This document shows positions 9,416 through 17,515 of a stretch of 64,000 bases of DNA, piece by piece; positions within the stretch are counted from its first letter, which is position 1; the number at the start of each line of letters is the position of its first letter. Source of the DNA: an uncultured Planctomycetia bacterium (GTDB taxonomy: Bacteria > Omnitrophota > Gorgyraeia > Duberdicusellales > 4484-171); assembly GCA_964629655.1 (NCBI GenBank), contig CAZVQU010000001.1, forward strand, positions 612,056 through 676,055. Direction: 5' to 3'. Under the pieces are notes generated by a model that had not been told where the DNA came from, did not search any database, and saw nothing but the letters and a program-made list of their open reading frames with translations. The position numbers were made by a program, and so were the translations under genes.

Positions 9416-10132
9416 ATGAGTGAGAAAAATATTGACTATGGTGGTTTAAAGAAACGAGGGTTTTTAAGAGAAAGACAAGAAGGCTTCTTTACTCTGAGAA
9501 CACGTGGGCCTTCAGGAAATTATAGCCAGAAGCACTTAGCAGGCTTAGCTAAAATTTCAGAGGACTATGCTCGAGGGTTTGTCCATCTTACGGTTCGTCA
9601 AGGAATCGAGATTCCTTTTATAAAGTTTGAACATATATTAAAAGTTGAGAAAGAAGTAAACCGGCTCGGTGTTAAGTTCGGGACTTCCGGGCTGCGTTTG
9701 AGAGCTACTACTGCCTGTCCGGGCAGCAATTGGTGCAAAAGTGGTCTTGTTGATACCTTTTTTCTTTTTAACCGGATAGAAGAAAAGGGAATCAGTTGTG
9801 GTTTAGAATTGCCGCATAAATTTAAAATTGTTATTTCCGGGTGCCCCAATACTTGTACAAGGGTTCAAGCCTCTGAGATAGGAATTCATGGAGCAGTGGA
9901 TGCAGAGAGTCCGGATAAAAGAATTGGCTATTGTCTATATTTAGGTGGGTGTGGCGGAAAGACTCCGCGTATCGGATTTAAGCTAAGTAAAATTTTTACT
10001 GAAGATGAGGTTCTATCCGTGATTGAGAGGGTAGTTATTTTCTATAAAGAAAATGCTAAGCCACGCCAACGCTTTGCTTTGTTGATTGAGGAGATCGGTA
10101 AGGATAATTTCTTAAAGCAAATAGGCTTTTAA
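9416..10132 (+). CDS. Small siroheme-dependent sulfite/nitrite reductase hemoprotein (low-molecular-weight assimilatory type)
   Basis: Nitrite/sulfite reductase ferredoxin-like half-domain with the siroheme-[4Fe-4S] cysteine motifs TACPGSNWC and SGCPNTC. The RBS is AGAGAGG. Confidence 0.65.
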   Translation: MSEKNIDYGGLKKRGFLRERQEGFFTLRTRGPSGNYSQKHLAGLAKISEDYARGFVHLTVRQGIEIPFIKFEHILKVEKEVNRLGVKFGTSGLRLRATTACPGSNWCKSGLVDTFFLFNRIEEKGISCGLELPHKFKIVISGCPNTCTRVQASEIGIHGAVDAESPDKRIGYCLYLGGCGGKTPRIGFKLSKIFTEDEVLSVIERVVIFYKENAKPRQRFALLIEEIGKDNFLKQIGF

Positions 10133-10160
10133 GACTAAAAAGAATAGATATTATTGCTTC

Positions 10161-10188
10161 TTGACAATTTTTTACTTAGTAATACAAT
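10161..10188 (+). promoter_or_regulatory. Sigma70-like promoter upstream of the Rrf2 regulator gene
   Basis: TTGACA 10161-10166, a 16-nt spacer, TACAAT 10183-10188. Confidence 0.45.
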
Positions 10189-10217
10189 TTGAATACTAAG
10201 ACTATTTAATTAATTGG

Positions 10218-10229
10218 ATTACTAGTAAT
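10218..10229. promoter_or_regulatory. Perfect 12-bp palindrome in the 5' leader of the Rrf2 gene (candidate autoregulatory operator)
   Basis: ATTACTAGTAAT is self-complementary. It is flanked by AATT and lies between the predicted -10 and the RBS GGGAGGAG. Confidence 0.35.
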
Positions 10230-10241
10230 TGGGAGGAGATT

Positions 10242-10682
10242 ATGAAAATTTCAACACGTACCAGATATGGAACAAGATTAATGCTAAGTCTAGCTTTAAA
10301 TTACGGTAAAGGACCATTTTTGTTGAAAGATGTTGCTGAGGGAGAACAGATCTCAGAAAAATATTTAAGCCAGATAATTATACCTTTAAAAGCTAAAGGG
10401 TTGGTGAATTCTTTTCGCGGTGCTCACGGAGGATATACTTTGGCAAAGGTGCCTTCTCAAATAAGTATCAAAGAAATAGTTGAAGCCTTAGAAGGAGGGC
10501 TTAATCTCGTAGGACGGGTCAAAGACGCTTCTTCTTGCAGCCAGGTCTCGATACGGGTTACTCACAATATTTGGAATGAGTTAAGTGAGAAAATGGCTAA
10601 GACGCTTGGTTCAATAACCTTAGATGATTTAGTGAAGGAGTCTAAGGCAAAAGGCAATAGGGTTTTAATGTACAACATCTAA
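10242..10682 (+). CDS. Rrf2-family transcriptional regulator (CymR/IscR-like)
   Basis: N-terminal wHTH TRYGTRLMLSLA...GPFLLKDVAE...ISEKYLSQII and the GGYTLAK motif. It has only two Cys, so it is probably not a cluster-binding IscR. Confidence 0.8.
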   Translation: MKISTRTRYGTRLMLSLALNYGKGPFLLKDVAEGEQISEKYLSQIIIPLKAKGLVNSFRGAHGGYTLAKVPSQISIKEIVEALEGGLNLVGRVKDASSCSQVSIRVTHNIWNELSEKMAKTLGSITLDDLVKESKAKGNRVLMYNI

Positions 10683-10693
10683 TAGGCCATAGC

Positions 10694-10711
10694 TTGTTAA
10701 ATAGTTAACAA
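10694..10711. promoter_or_regulatory. Inverted repeat TTGTTAA-ATAG-TTAACAA immediately upstream of the ThiI-like gene start
   Basis: 7-bp arms with a 4-nt spacer, ending 5 nt before the ATG at 10716. It could be an operator or an RBS-occluding hairpin. Confidence 0.3.
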
Positions 10712-10715
10712 TATA

Positions 10716-11705
10716 ATGAAAGCAATTGCCTTATTCTCCGGTGGACTGGATAGTACCTTAGCGATAAAGACCATTACTGAACAAGGGGTAGATGTTATAG
10801 CCTTGAATTTCTTTACTCCCTTCTGTCGTTGCGAGAGGTCAAAAGGCTGTGGGTCATTAATCAAGGATATGGCTAAGGAGCTTGGCGTAAAGATAAAAAT
10901 GGTTTGTTTAGGCCAGGATTATTTAGATATGATAAAAGACCCCGAACATGGATATGGTAAAAATATCAATCCCTGTATTGATTGTAGAATATTTAAGTTT
11001 AGACGAGCTAAAGGGGTTATGAAAGAAGAAGGGGCATCTTTTGTTATTACCGGGGAGGTCTTAGGACAAAGGCCGATGTCTCAGCATCGCCAGGCTTTGC
11101 GAACAATTGAAACCAAGGCCGGTCTAGAAGGGTTGGTTTTAAGACCTTTGTCGGCAAAGCTTTTTGCTCCTACTATAGCTGAAGAGCAAGGATGGGTAAG
11201 GAGAGAGGATTTACTGGAGATAAGTGGCAGGACTCGGAAGCCTCAGATTCGGTTAGCTTCTCATTGGGGGATAAAGAATTATCCTTGTCCAGCTGGAGGC
11301 TGTCTCTTAACAGATCATCATTTTTGCCAAAGACTAAAGGATCTTCTTAAACACGAAGAAATTAATATTAATAATACCGAGCTTTTAAAACTTGGCAGGC
11401 ATTTTCGCCTGAATCCTAAATTCAAACTAATTGTAGGCAGAGACGAAAAGGAAAACCAGAAGATTTTAAACTTAGCTCAAGAAGGAGATTTTTGCTTTGA
11501 ACCTAAAGATTTGCCAGGACCAACAGGAATCGGCAGGGGCCAACTTGATGAATCTGTAAAGATATTGTCTTCTCGGATAATAGCCCGTTACACTTCTCAA
11601 GAAGAAAAAGTAGATGTATTAGTCAGAACTATTCCCCAGAACCGGGGAGAAACCCTTTCTGTGAAGGCTATCGGCCAAGAGAAGATTAGAGAATACATAA
11701 TCTAA
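10716..11705 (+). CDS. ThiI-like PP-loop ATP pyrophosphatase / sulfurtransferase that lacks a THUMP domain and carries a Cys cluster
   Basis: [11 protein letters not shown]-loop in the first 15 residues. [14 protein letters not shown] and LRPL match the ThiI adenylation domain. Extra cysteines (CRCERSKGC and PCIDC) suggest a sulfide-dependent enzyme with an [Fe-S] cluster. Confidence 0.6.
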   Translation: MKAIALFSGGLDSTLAIKTITEQGVDVIALNFFTPFCRCERSKGCGSLIKDMAKELGVKIKMVCLGQDYLDMIKDPEHGYGKNINPCIDCRIFKFRRAKGVMKEEGASFVITGEVLGQRPMSQHRQALRTIETKAGLEGLVLRPLSAKLFAPTIAEEQGWVRREDLLEISGRTRKPQIRLASHWGIKNYPCPAGGCLLTDHHFCQRLKDLLKHEEININNTELLKLGRHFRLNPKFKLIVGRDEKENQKILNLAQEGDFCFEPKDLPGPTGIGRGQLDESVKILSSRIIARYTSQEEKVDVLVRTIPQNRGETLSVKAIGQEKIREYII

Positions 11706-11730
11706 GCATACAGTGAAAAAGGAGGATAAA

Positions 11731-12642
11731 ATGAACATTGCCGAAAATATCACTCAACTAGTAGGGAATACTCCTTTGGTGAAGCTAGGCAAGCTCAGTG
11801 CCGGGATTGATGCTACCTTAGTAGTCAAACTAGAGTCTTTTAACCCTTGTTCAAGCGTTAAAGACAGAATTGGGTTGGCGATGATAGAAGATGCTGAGAG
11901 GAAGGGAAAGATTAACAAAGATACCGTTATTGTTGAACCGACTAGCGGCAATACCGGGATTGCTTTGGCTTTTGTCTGTGCTCAAAGAGGATATCGATTG
12001 GTTTTAACTATGCCCGAGAGCATGTCTTTGGAGAGAAGAAAACTACTATCCTGGTTTGGTGCCGAGCTAGTTTTGACACCGGCTGAGGGAGGGATGAAAG
12101 GTGCGATTGAAGAGGCCGAGGAGCTTCTTAAAAAGTATCCTAATGCTTTTATGCCCCAACAATTTAAGAACCCGGCTAATCCTAAAATACACCAAGAGGT
12201 TACAGCTGAAGAGATTTGGCGCGATACTAATGGGGAAATTGATATTTTAATCTCCGGTGTTGGTACCGGAGGAACAATTACCGGCGTAGCGGAGGCTCTT
12301 AAGAAAAAGAAGCCTGAGTTTGAAGCAATCGCTTTAGAGCCAGCAAAATCTCCTATTCTCTCTGGCGGTAAACCCGGTTCACACAAGATCCAAGGCATTG
12401 GCGCAGGTTTTGTTCCTGAGGTATTAAGGAGAGATTTAATAGATGAGATAATTTGCATAGAGGATGAAGATGCAATCTCTATGGCTGATCGGATTGCAAA
12501 AGAGGAAGGAATCCTGGTAGGGAATTCTAGCGGAGCAGCAGTCTGGGCCGGTTTAGAAATTGCTAGGCGTCCAGAAAATAAAGGTAAACTTATTGTAGTA
12601 ATCTTACCAGATACAGGGGAGAGATACTTATCTACTTGGTAG
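11731..12642 (+). CDS. cysK: Cysteine synthase (O-acetylserine or O-phosphoserine sulfhydrylase, PLP-dependent). The track start at 11713 is a GTG; the ATG at 11731 follows AAAAGGAGG.
   Basis: [10 protein letters not shown], the SVKDRIG PLP-lysine motif, and the GTGGT glycine loop. Confidence 0.8.
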   Translation: MNIAENITQLVGNTPLVKLGKLSAGIDATLVVKLESFNPCSSVKDRIGLAMIEDAERKGKINKDTVIVEPTSGNTGIALAFVCAQRGYRLVLTMPESMSLERRKLLSWFGAELVLTPAEGGMKGAIEEAEELLKKYPNAFMPQQFKNPANPKIHQEVTAEEIWRDTNGEIDILISGVGTGGTITGVAEALKKKKPEFEAIALEPAKSPILSGGKPGSHKIQGIGAGFVPEVLRRDLIDEIICIEDEDAISMADRIAKEEGILVGNSSGAAVWAGLEIARRPENKGKLIVVILPDTGERYLSTW

Positions 12643-12671
12643 TAAGTAACCCTGTAATATCAAGGAGGTGA

Positions 12672-13889
12672 ATGATGTCTAAGACAATAGCTGAGATTAA
12701 TGAAAAGATTAAGAAAGGGCAGGTGGTTGTTGTCACTGCTGAGGAGATGATAGGAATCGTTAAAGAAAAAGGAGCTAAAGCTGCGGCCGAAGAAGTGGAT
12801 GTAGTAACTACAGCTACCTTTGGCCCAATGTGTTCTTCAGGTGCCTATCTCAACATCGGGCATGCTAAGCCTAAGATAAAGCTAGGTGGGGGAAAGACTA
12901 CCCTAAATAAAATTGATACATATGCGGGTTTTGCTGCAGTTGATCTTTACATTGGAGCAACTGCCCTAGCTGACGATGATCCCAGGAATAAAGTTTTTCC
13001 GGGAAAATTCAAGTATGGCGGTGGGCATGTAATTGAAGATTTAGCAGCCGGGAAAGATATTGTTTTAGAGGGTGCTGCTTATGGGACAGATTGCTATCCA
13101 GGTAAAGAGCTTAAGACACTGATTAACATAAAAGACATCAACGAAGCAGTGCTTTTCAATCCTAGGAATCTGTATCAAAATTACAATATTGCTGTTAACT
13201 TATCTGACAAGACCATTTATACCTATATGGGAACCTTAAGACCAAAGGTAGGCAATGCAAACTATTGTAGTGCTGGACAACTTTCCCCATTTCTTAATGA
13301 CCCTCTTTACAGAACTATTGGTATTGGTACCAAGATATTCTTAGGCGGAGGCATTGGTTATGTTTCTTGGTGGGGAACTCAACATAATCCTGGAGTTAAG
13401 AGAGCTGACAATAAGACTCCTCTTACGCCAGCAGGAACAGCTGCTGTTATTGGTGACTTAAAACAGATGAGCGATAAGTGGCTTAAGGGGGTTAGTTTCT
13501 TAGGGTATGGAGTAACTCTTAGTGTGGGAATTGGTGTACCTATTCCGATACTCGATGAAGAAATGGCTCAGTTTACTGCTGTATCTGATGATCAACTCTC
13601 TGCGAGCATAGTCGATTATAGTAAAGCTTACCCTCAAGGAATTCCTGAATCTTTAGGAAGAGCTACTTATGCGGAACTTAAAACTGGGAAAATAACTGTA
13701 AGAGGAAGAGAAGTTCCTACCGGGGCAATATCAAGCTATCCTAAGGCAAGAGAGATAGCTGATGAACTTAAAACCTGGATTAAGAAAGGCGACTTTCTTT
13801 TGACTGAGCCAGTGGCTGAATTTCCCGGCCCGGATTCGGGATACAAATTTAAACCTTTAAAGGTCAGAGAAGTAAAAGGAGGTAAGTAG
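12672..13889 (+). CDS. COG1900/DUF39-family protein (the methanogen MA1821-type enzyme for sulfide-dependent homocysteine formation)
   Basis: About 400 aa with the characteristic Gly-rich blocks (KLGGGKTTLN, KYGGGHVIEDL, FLGGGIGYVSWWG). The RBS is AAGGAGG. Confidence 0.6.
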   Translation: MMSKTIAEINEKIKKGQVVVVTAEEMIGIVKEKGAKAAAEEVDVVTTATFGPMCSSGAYLNIGHAKPKIKLGGGKTTLNKIDTYAGFAAVDLYIGATALADDDPRNKVFPGKFKYGGGHVIEDLAAGKDIVLEGAAYGTDCYPGKELKTLINIKDINEAVLFNPRNLYQNYNIAVNLSDKTIYTYMGTLRPKVGNANYCSAGQLSPFLNDPLYRTIGIGTKIFLGGGIGYVSWWGTQHNPGVKRADNKTPLTPAGTAAVIGDLKQMSDKWLKGVSFLGYGVTLSVGIGVPIPILDEEMAQFTAVSDDQLSASIVDYSKAYPQGIPESLGRATYAELKTGKITVRGREVPTGAISSYPKAREIADELKTWIKKGDFLLTEPVAEFPGPDSGYKFKPLKVREVKGGK

Positions 13890-13891
13890 TT

Positions 13892-14299
13892 ATGTACTCC
13901 AAAAAAATAGTTCTACACTTTCCTTCCGATCTTGTTAACAAGTCGATAATTTATAGATTATCAAAAGACTTTGATTTAGAGTTCAATATTCTCAAAGCTC
14001 TTGTTAATCCTGACGAGGAAGGATTGATGGTCCTTGAGCTAAAGGGTGAGAAAGATGAGTATACCAGAGCAGTAAAATACCTAGAAAAAGAGAAGGTTAG
14101 AATTCAGACCTTATCTAAAGATGTAATTCGCGATGAAGATAAGTGTGTTGATTGCGGATTATGTGTCGCTGTCTGTCCGGTAGAGGCCTTTGAAGTAGAT
14201 TCTGATTCAAGAAAGATAGAATTCCACGACGATAAGTGTATTGCTTGTGAGATGTGCGTGAAAGTTTGTCCTTACAAGGCTATGGAGGTAAACTTCTAA
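13892..14299 (+). CDS. NIL-domain ferredoxin with 2x[4Fe-4S] (the MA1822-type partner of COG1900)
   Basis: N-terminal NIL-like domain (about 75 aa), then CVDCGLCVAVCP and CIACEMCVKVCP. The start is 3 nt after the previous stop. Confidence 0.6.
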   Translation: MYSKKIVLHFPSDLVNKSIIYRLSKDFDLEFNILKALVNPDEEGLMVLELKGEKDEYTRAVKYLEKEKVRIQTLSKDVIRDEDKCVDCGLCVAVCPVEAFEVDSDSRKIEFHDDKCIACEMCVKVCPYKAMEVNF

Positions 14300-14308
14300 G
14301 CGAAATTT

Positions 14309-14581
14309 ATGGCAGTAATAAGAATACCTTTGTTATTTCAAGAGGCAGTAGGTGGAGCTACCCAATTAGAGGTTAAGGCAGATAATATTAGCGAGTTGAT
14401 TGGTAACTTAACTAATGAATTTCCTGATCTCAAAGAGAAATTCTATGATACCCAAGGGAGTTTAAGTAAGTTTATCAACATCTATGTTAATGGGGAAGAT
14501 TCCCGGTTTTTAGAAGGCGAGAAAACTCACCTCAATGATAGAGATATCATAGATATTATTCTTCCTATTGCCGGAGGGTAG
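14309..14581 (+). CDS. ThiS/MoaD/CysO-family sulfur-carrier protein ending in Gly-Gly
   Basis: 90 aa with a beta-grasp-like composition. The C-terminal ...LPIAGG stop is the hallmark diglycine for adenylation and thiocarboxylation. Confidence 0.6.
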   Translation: MAVIRIPLLFQEAVGGATQLEVKADNISELIGNLTNEFPDLKEKFYDTQGSLSKFINIYVNGEDSRFLEGEKTHLNDRDIIDIILPIAGG

Positions 14582-14596
14582 GAAAGATTAATTAAG

Positions 14597-15379
14597 ATGG
14601 CACTTAGTCAAGAACAACTCACCAGATACCGGCGAAATATAACCATTCCGGCCATAGGCAGCAAGGGTCAAGAAAAGCTTCTTAACTCGAAGGTGTTAAT
14701 TATTGGTACCGGTGGCCTAGGCTCATCTTGTGCCTATTATTTAGCCGCTGCCGGCATTGGAAAGATTGGCCTAGTTGATTTTGATTTGGTAGAATTAGAT
14801 AACTTGCAGAGGCAAATTCTTCATGCAACCAGAGATATTGGAAAGTCGAAGGTTATATCCGCCAAAGATAAGCTTAACAATCTCAATCCCGAGATAGAGA
14901 TTACTCCCCATAAAGTTAAGTTATCTTCTGAGAATATATTAGATATTGTTAAAGACTATTTGTTATTAGTAGAGTGCTCAGATAACTTTTTAACAAAATA
15001 TCTATTAAATGATACCGCTATTCTTACTAAAAAACCATTGTTCTATGCAGCAGTGTTAAGATTTGAGGGTCAAGCTATGACTATTCTTCCCAGGCAGACT
15101 GCCTGTTATCGCTGTCTATTCCCTAAACCACCCTCCGAAAACGAATTCATCTCACCCAAAGATGCCGGGATTCTAGGAGCTGTTGCTGGGACGATAGGGT
15201 TGGTCCAGGCCAACGAAGTCTTAAAATACATTCTAAATATAGGAGAATTATTGACCAATAAGCTCTTAACTTTTGATTCTCTTGCTACAACTTTTAAGAA
15301 AATAAAAGTTCAGCCTAATCCGAGTTGTCCGGTATGCGGCCAAAATCCTACAATAAGAGAGATTACCGGCAGTAAATAA
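14597..15379 (+). CDS. ThiF/MoeB/HesA-family E1-like adenylyltransferase with a zinc CxxC...CxxC motif and no rhodanese domain
   Basis: LIIGTGGLGSSCAYYLAAAGIGKIGLVDFD nucleotide-binding motif, plus ACYRC and SCPVC. Confidence 0.8.
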   Translation: MALSQEQLTRYRRNITIPAIGSKGQEKLLNSKVLIIGTGGLGSSCAYYLAAAGIGKIGLVDFDLVELDNLQRQILHATRDIGKSKVISAKDKLNNLNPEIEITPHKVKLSSENILDIVKDYLLLVECSDNFLTKYLLNDTAILTKKPLFYAAVLRFEGQAMTILPRQTACYRCLFPKPPSENEFISPKDAGILGAVAGTIGLVQANEVLKYILNIGELLTNKLLTFDSLATTFKKIKVQPNPSCPVCGQNPTIREITGSK

Positions 15380-15486
15380 CTCTTCCTGAATGATCAAATA
15401 CAAGGATTGTAAATATATTTAAATCTGGTAGAATATCGCTTGCGTTAGATAGGTAAAGTTAGATAAATTCAAAGTAAGGGGGAGAT

Positions 15487-16272
15487 ATGACCAAGAAGAT
15501 TTTTAGTAGTGTAGGAGAAAAAGAAGTTACCCGGGCAATTGTCGATGAATTTTCAAAGCAGTTCTCAGAGTATACTGAGAGTGATGTAATTATTATTGGT
15601 GCTGGCCCCAGTGGACTTATGGCTGGTAAAGAATTAGCGCTCGCAGGGCTTAAAGTGCTTATTGTCGAGAGAAATAATTACCTTGGCGGCGGTTTCTGGA
15701 TTGGCGGTTATCTTATGAATAAACTTACCGTAAGGGCACCGGCTGAAGAAATTCTAAAAGAGCTGGGAGTTCCTTACAAAGAAACTAATCCCGGGCTTTT
15801 TGTTGCTGATGGCCCCCATGCTTGCTCTAAGCTTATTGCTGCTGCTTGTGATGCCGGGGTTAAAATAGCTAATATGACTGTCTTTGAAGATATTGTCTTA
15901 AGAGAGAAAAATCGTGTAGCTGGCGCAGTAATTAACTGGACTCCGGTTCAAGCCTTACCGCGGCAAATTACCTGCGTTGATCCGGTAGCTATAGAGGGAA
16001 AGATTGTGATTGATGCTACCGGCCATGATGCGATGGTTTGCCAGAAGATGGAAGAAAGAGACCTGCTTAAAACTAGAGGCTATGGAGCAATGTGGGTTGA
16101 GCGCTCTGAGGATTTATTGGTTGAGCATACCGGCGAAGTATCTCCTGGCCTCATAGTCATTGGTATGGCGGTATCGACTATGTATGGGCTTCCTCGAATG
16201 GGCCCTACTTTCGGCGGAATGCTTCTTTCCGGTAAAAGAGGCGCTGAAGTTGTAAAAGAAAAATTAAAGTAG
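15487..16272 (+). CDS. thi4: Thi4-family thiazole synthase. By eye it is the non-suicide, sulfide-dependent type: the yeast catalytic Cys position reads Thr in ...IDATGHDA....
   Basis: FAD-binding [10 protein letters not shown] and the conserved VAGAVINWT...CVDP...IDATGHDA block. The RBS is AAGGGGGAG. Confidence 0.75.
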   Translation: MTKKIFSSVGEKEVTRAIVDEFSKQFSEYTESDVIIIGAGPSGLMAGKELALAGLKVLIVERNNYLGGGFWIGGYLMNKLTVRAPAEEILKELGVPYKETNPGLFVADGPHACSKLIAAACDAGVKIANMTVFEDIVLREKNRVAGAVINWTPVQALPRQITCVDPVAIEGKIVIDATGHDAMVCQKMEERDLLKTRGYGAMWVERSEDLLVEHTGEVSPGLIVIGMAVSTMYGLPRMGPTFGGMLLSGKRGAEVVKEKLK

Positions 16273-16284
16273 TCTAAGAATAAA

Positions 16285-17103
16285 ATGTCTAGGCGAAGTC
16301 ATCCCGCCAGGGGTACCATTTCTTCTATTTATCTTTATGGGAGTAGTGGCCTGCCAGAGTATAAAGCAGAAGAAATCACCGACTACCTAAAAAACATATA
16401 TCCTAAAGCAAAAACAGAGCAGAGAGGAGATTTCTTCTCCTTCTTGCTTAAAAGTCCGGACTCTCCTGATATTGAGGAGCTTGCCAGAAAAATTACCTGC
16501 TCCCGGGTTCATAGCGTTAGTGAGCAGCTGAAAGAGTTTTCACCCCTTCCCTTAGAGATTGAATATGAGAAAAAAAGGCTTTTGGGGAATAAACAACTAA
16601 AGGGTGTAATCTACGATGGTTTTCATTTACAAAAAATCTGCAGAGAGCTTCTTGGCTTAAAGGAATTTAAACCTTCATCCTGCCATATAATATTTACCAA
16701 CCAGCTATTAGCTAGTTTCGATAGCAATGATCGGCGCTATCATGTCAGAGTCGGTATCTATGGCCGGCCTAATATCATCTCTGTTCCGGGATTAGTAGAA
16801 GCTTTAGCTAAGCCTAAGGAGTACTACATAAAGATGCAGATGGGTGAGGATACCTTGACCTTAAGTCAGGAATTTAAAGGAGAGATTATCGAGTATGAAG
16901 ATACCCGGATTACAGAATTATTAAAAGGTTATTGCCTTCAAGCCCTTTTCTATCACTTGACCGGAGATCCTTTTTGCTCCGATAAAAAATGCCGCCTTTA
17001 TAATGCTCATTGGCAAAAGGAAGCAATCGAAGCCCAGATAGAGGCTGAGTATGAATTTTGCCTCAAGCATGCTGAGATTACTTCACAGTGGAAAAATAGA
17101 TAA
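16285..17103 (+). CDS. Hypothetical protein with conserved Cys/His (possible metal site). It weakly resembles archaemetzincin-type CX4C motifs.
   Basis: 272 aa, no TM segments. Cys/His-containing motifs are CHIIF, H(V)RVGIYGRP and FYHLTGDPFCSDKKCRLYNAHW. It sits between thi4 and the csoR promoter. Confidence 0.35.
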   Translation: MSRRSHPARGTISSIYLYGSSGLPEYKAEEITDYLKNIYPKAKTEQRGDFFSFLLKSPDSPDIEELARKITCSRVHSVSEQLKEFSPLPLEIEYEKKRLLGNKQLKGVIYDGFHLQKICRELLGLKEFKPSSCHIIFTNQLLASFDSNDRRYHVRVGIYGRPNIISVPGLVEALAKPKEYYIKMQMGEDTLTLSQEFKGEIIEYEDTRITELLKGYCLQALFYHLTGDPFCSDKKCRLYNAHWQKEAIEAQIEAEYEFCLKHAEITSQWKNR

Positions 17104-17145
17104 TAAATACAAGGTATTTCTAAGACGGAAAAGATTACTTTTATC

Positions 17146-17176
17146 TTGACATACCCTAGGGGGGTATGGTATAAAT
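17146..17176 (+). promoter_or_regulatory. Promoter with an embedded CsoR-type operator (GC-rich inverted repeat ATACCC-TAGG-GGGGTAT)
   Basis: TTGACA 17146-17151 overlaps ATACCCTAGGGGGGTATGG, and TATAAAT at 17170-17176 is the -10. The repeat arms ATACCC and GGGTAT are reverse complements. It lies 58 nt upstream of csoR. Confidence 0.55.
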
Positions 17177-17233
17177 GGTTTAGGGATAATAGAGATATAA
17201 CAAGGGTATTGGTTTTAAAATACGAGGTGATAA

Positions 17234-17515
17234 ATGGCGCATAAAACAACTCATAGTGAAAATTTGATTGCTCTGCGAAGAATTGAGGGCCAGATTAAAG
17301 GTATCCAGAAAATGGTTGAAGAAAAGAAATATTGTATAGATATCGTCAATCAGGTTCATGCTTCAATAAGTGCTCTTCGCCGAGTAGCTGAGAAAATTCT
17401 CTCTAAACATATGGAACATTGCGTAGTAGATGCCATAAAGGGGAAATCAGAGTCGCAAAGAAAAGAAAAGATAGATGAGGTAATGAGTGTAATAAGAAAA
17501 ATACATAAGATATGA
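17234..17515 (+). CDS. csoR: CsoR/RcnR/FrmR-family metal-sensing transcriptional repressor
   Basis: 93 aa, all-helical. Conserved Cys (KYCIDI) and the H-x-x-x-C pair (HMEHC) sit at CsoR Cu(I)-ligand positions. The RBS is GAGGTG. Confidence 0.75.
   Translation: MAHKTTHSENLIALRRIEGQIKGIQKMVEEKKYCIDIVNQVHASISALRRVAEKILSKHMEHCVVDAIKGKSESQRKEKIDEVMSVIRKIHKI

Noticed and set aside
15380-15486. Expected a TPP riboswitch upstream of thi4
   Set aside because: The 107-nt leader lacks the conserved CUGAGA and GGGG...ACCC elements. It only contains a plausible RBS (AAGGGGGAG).
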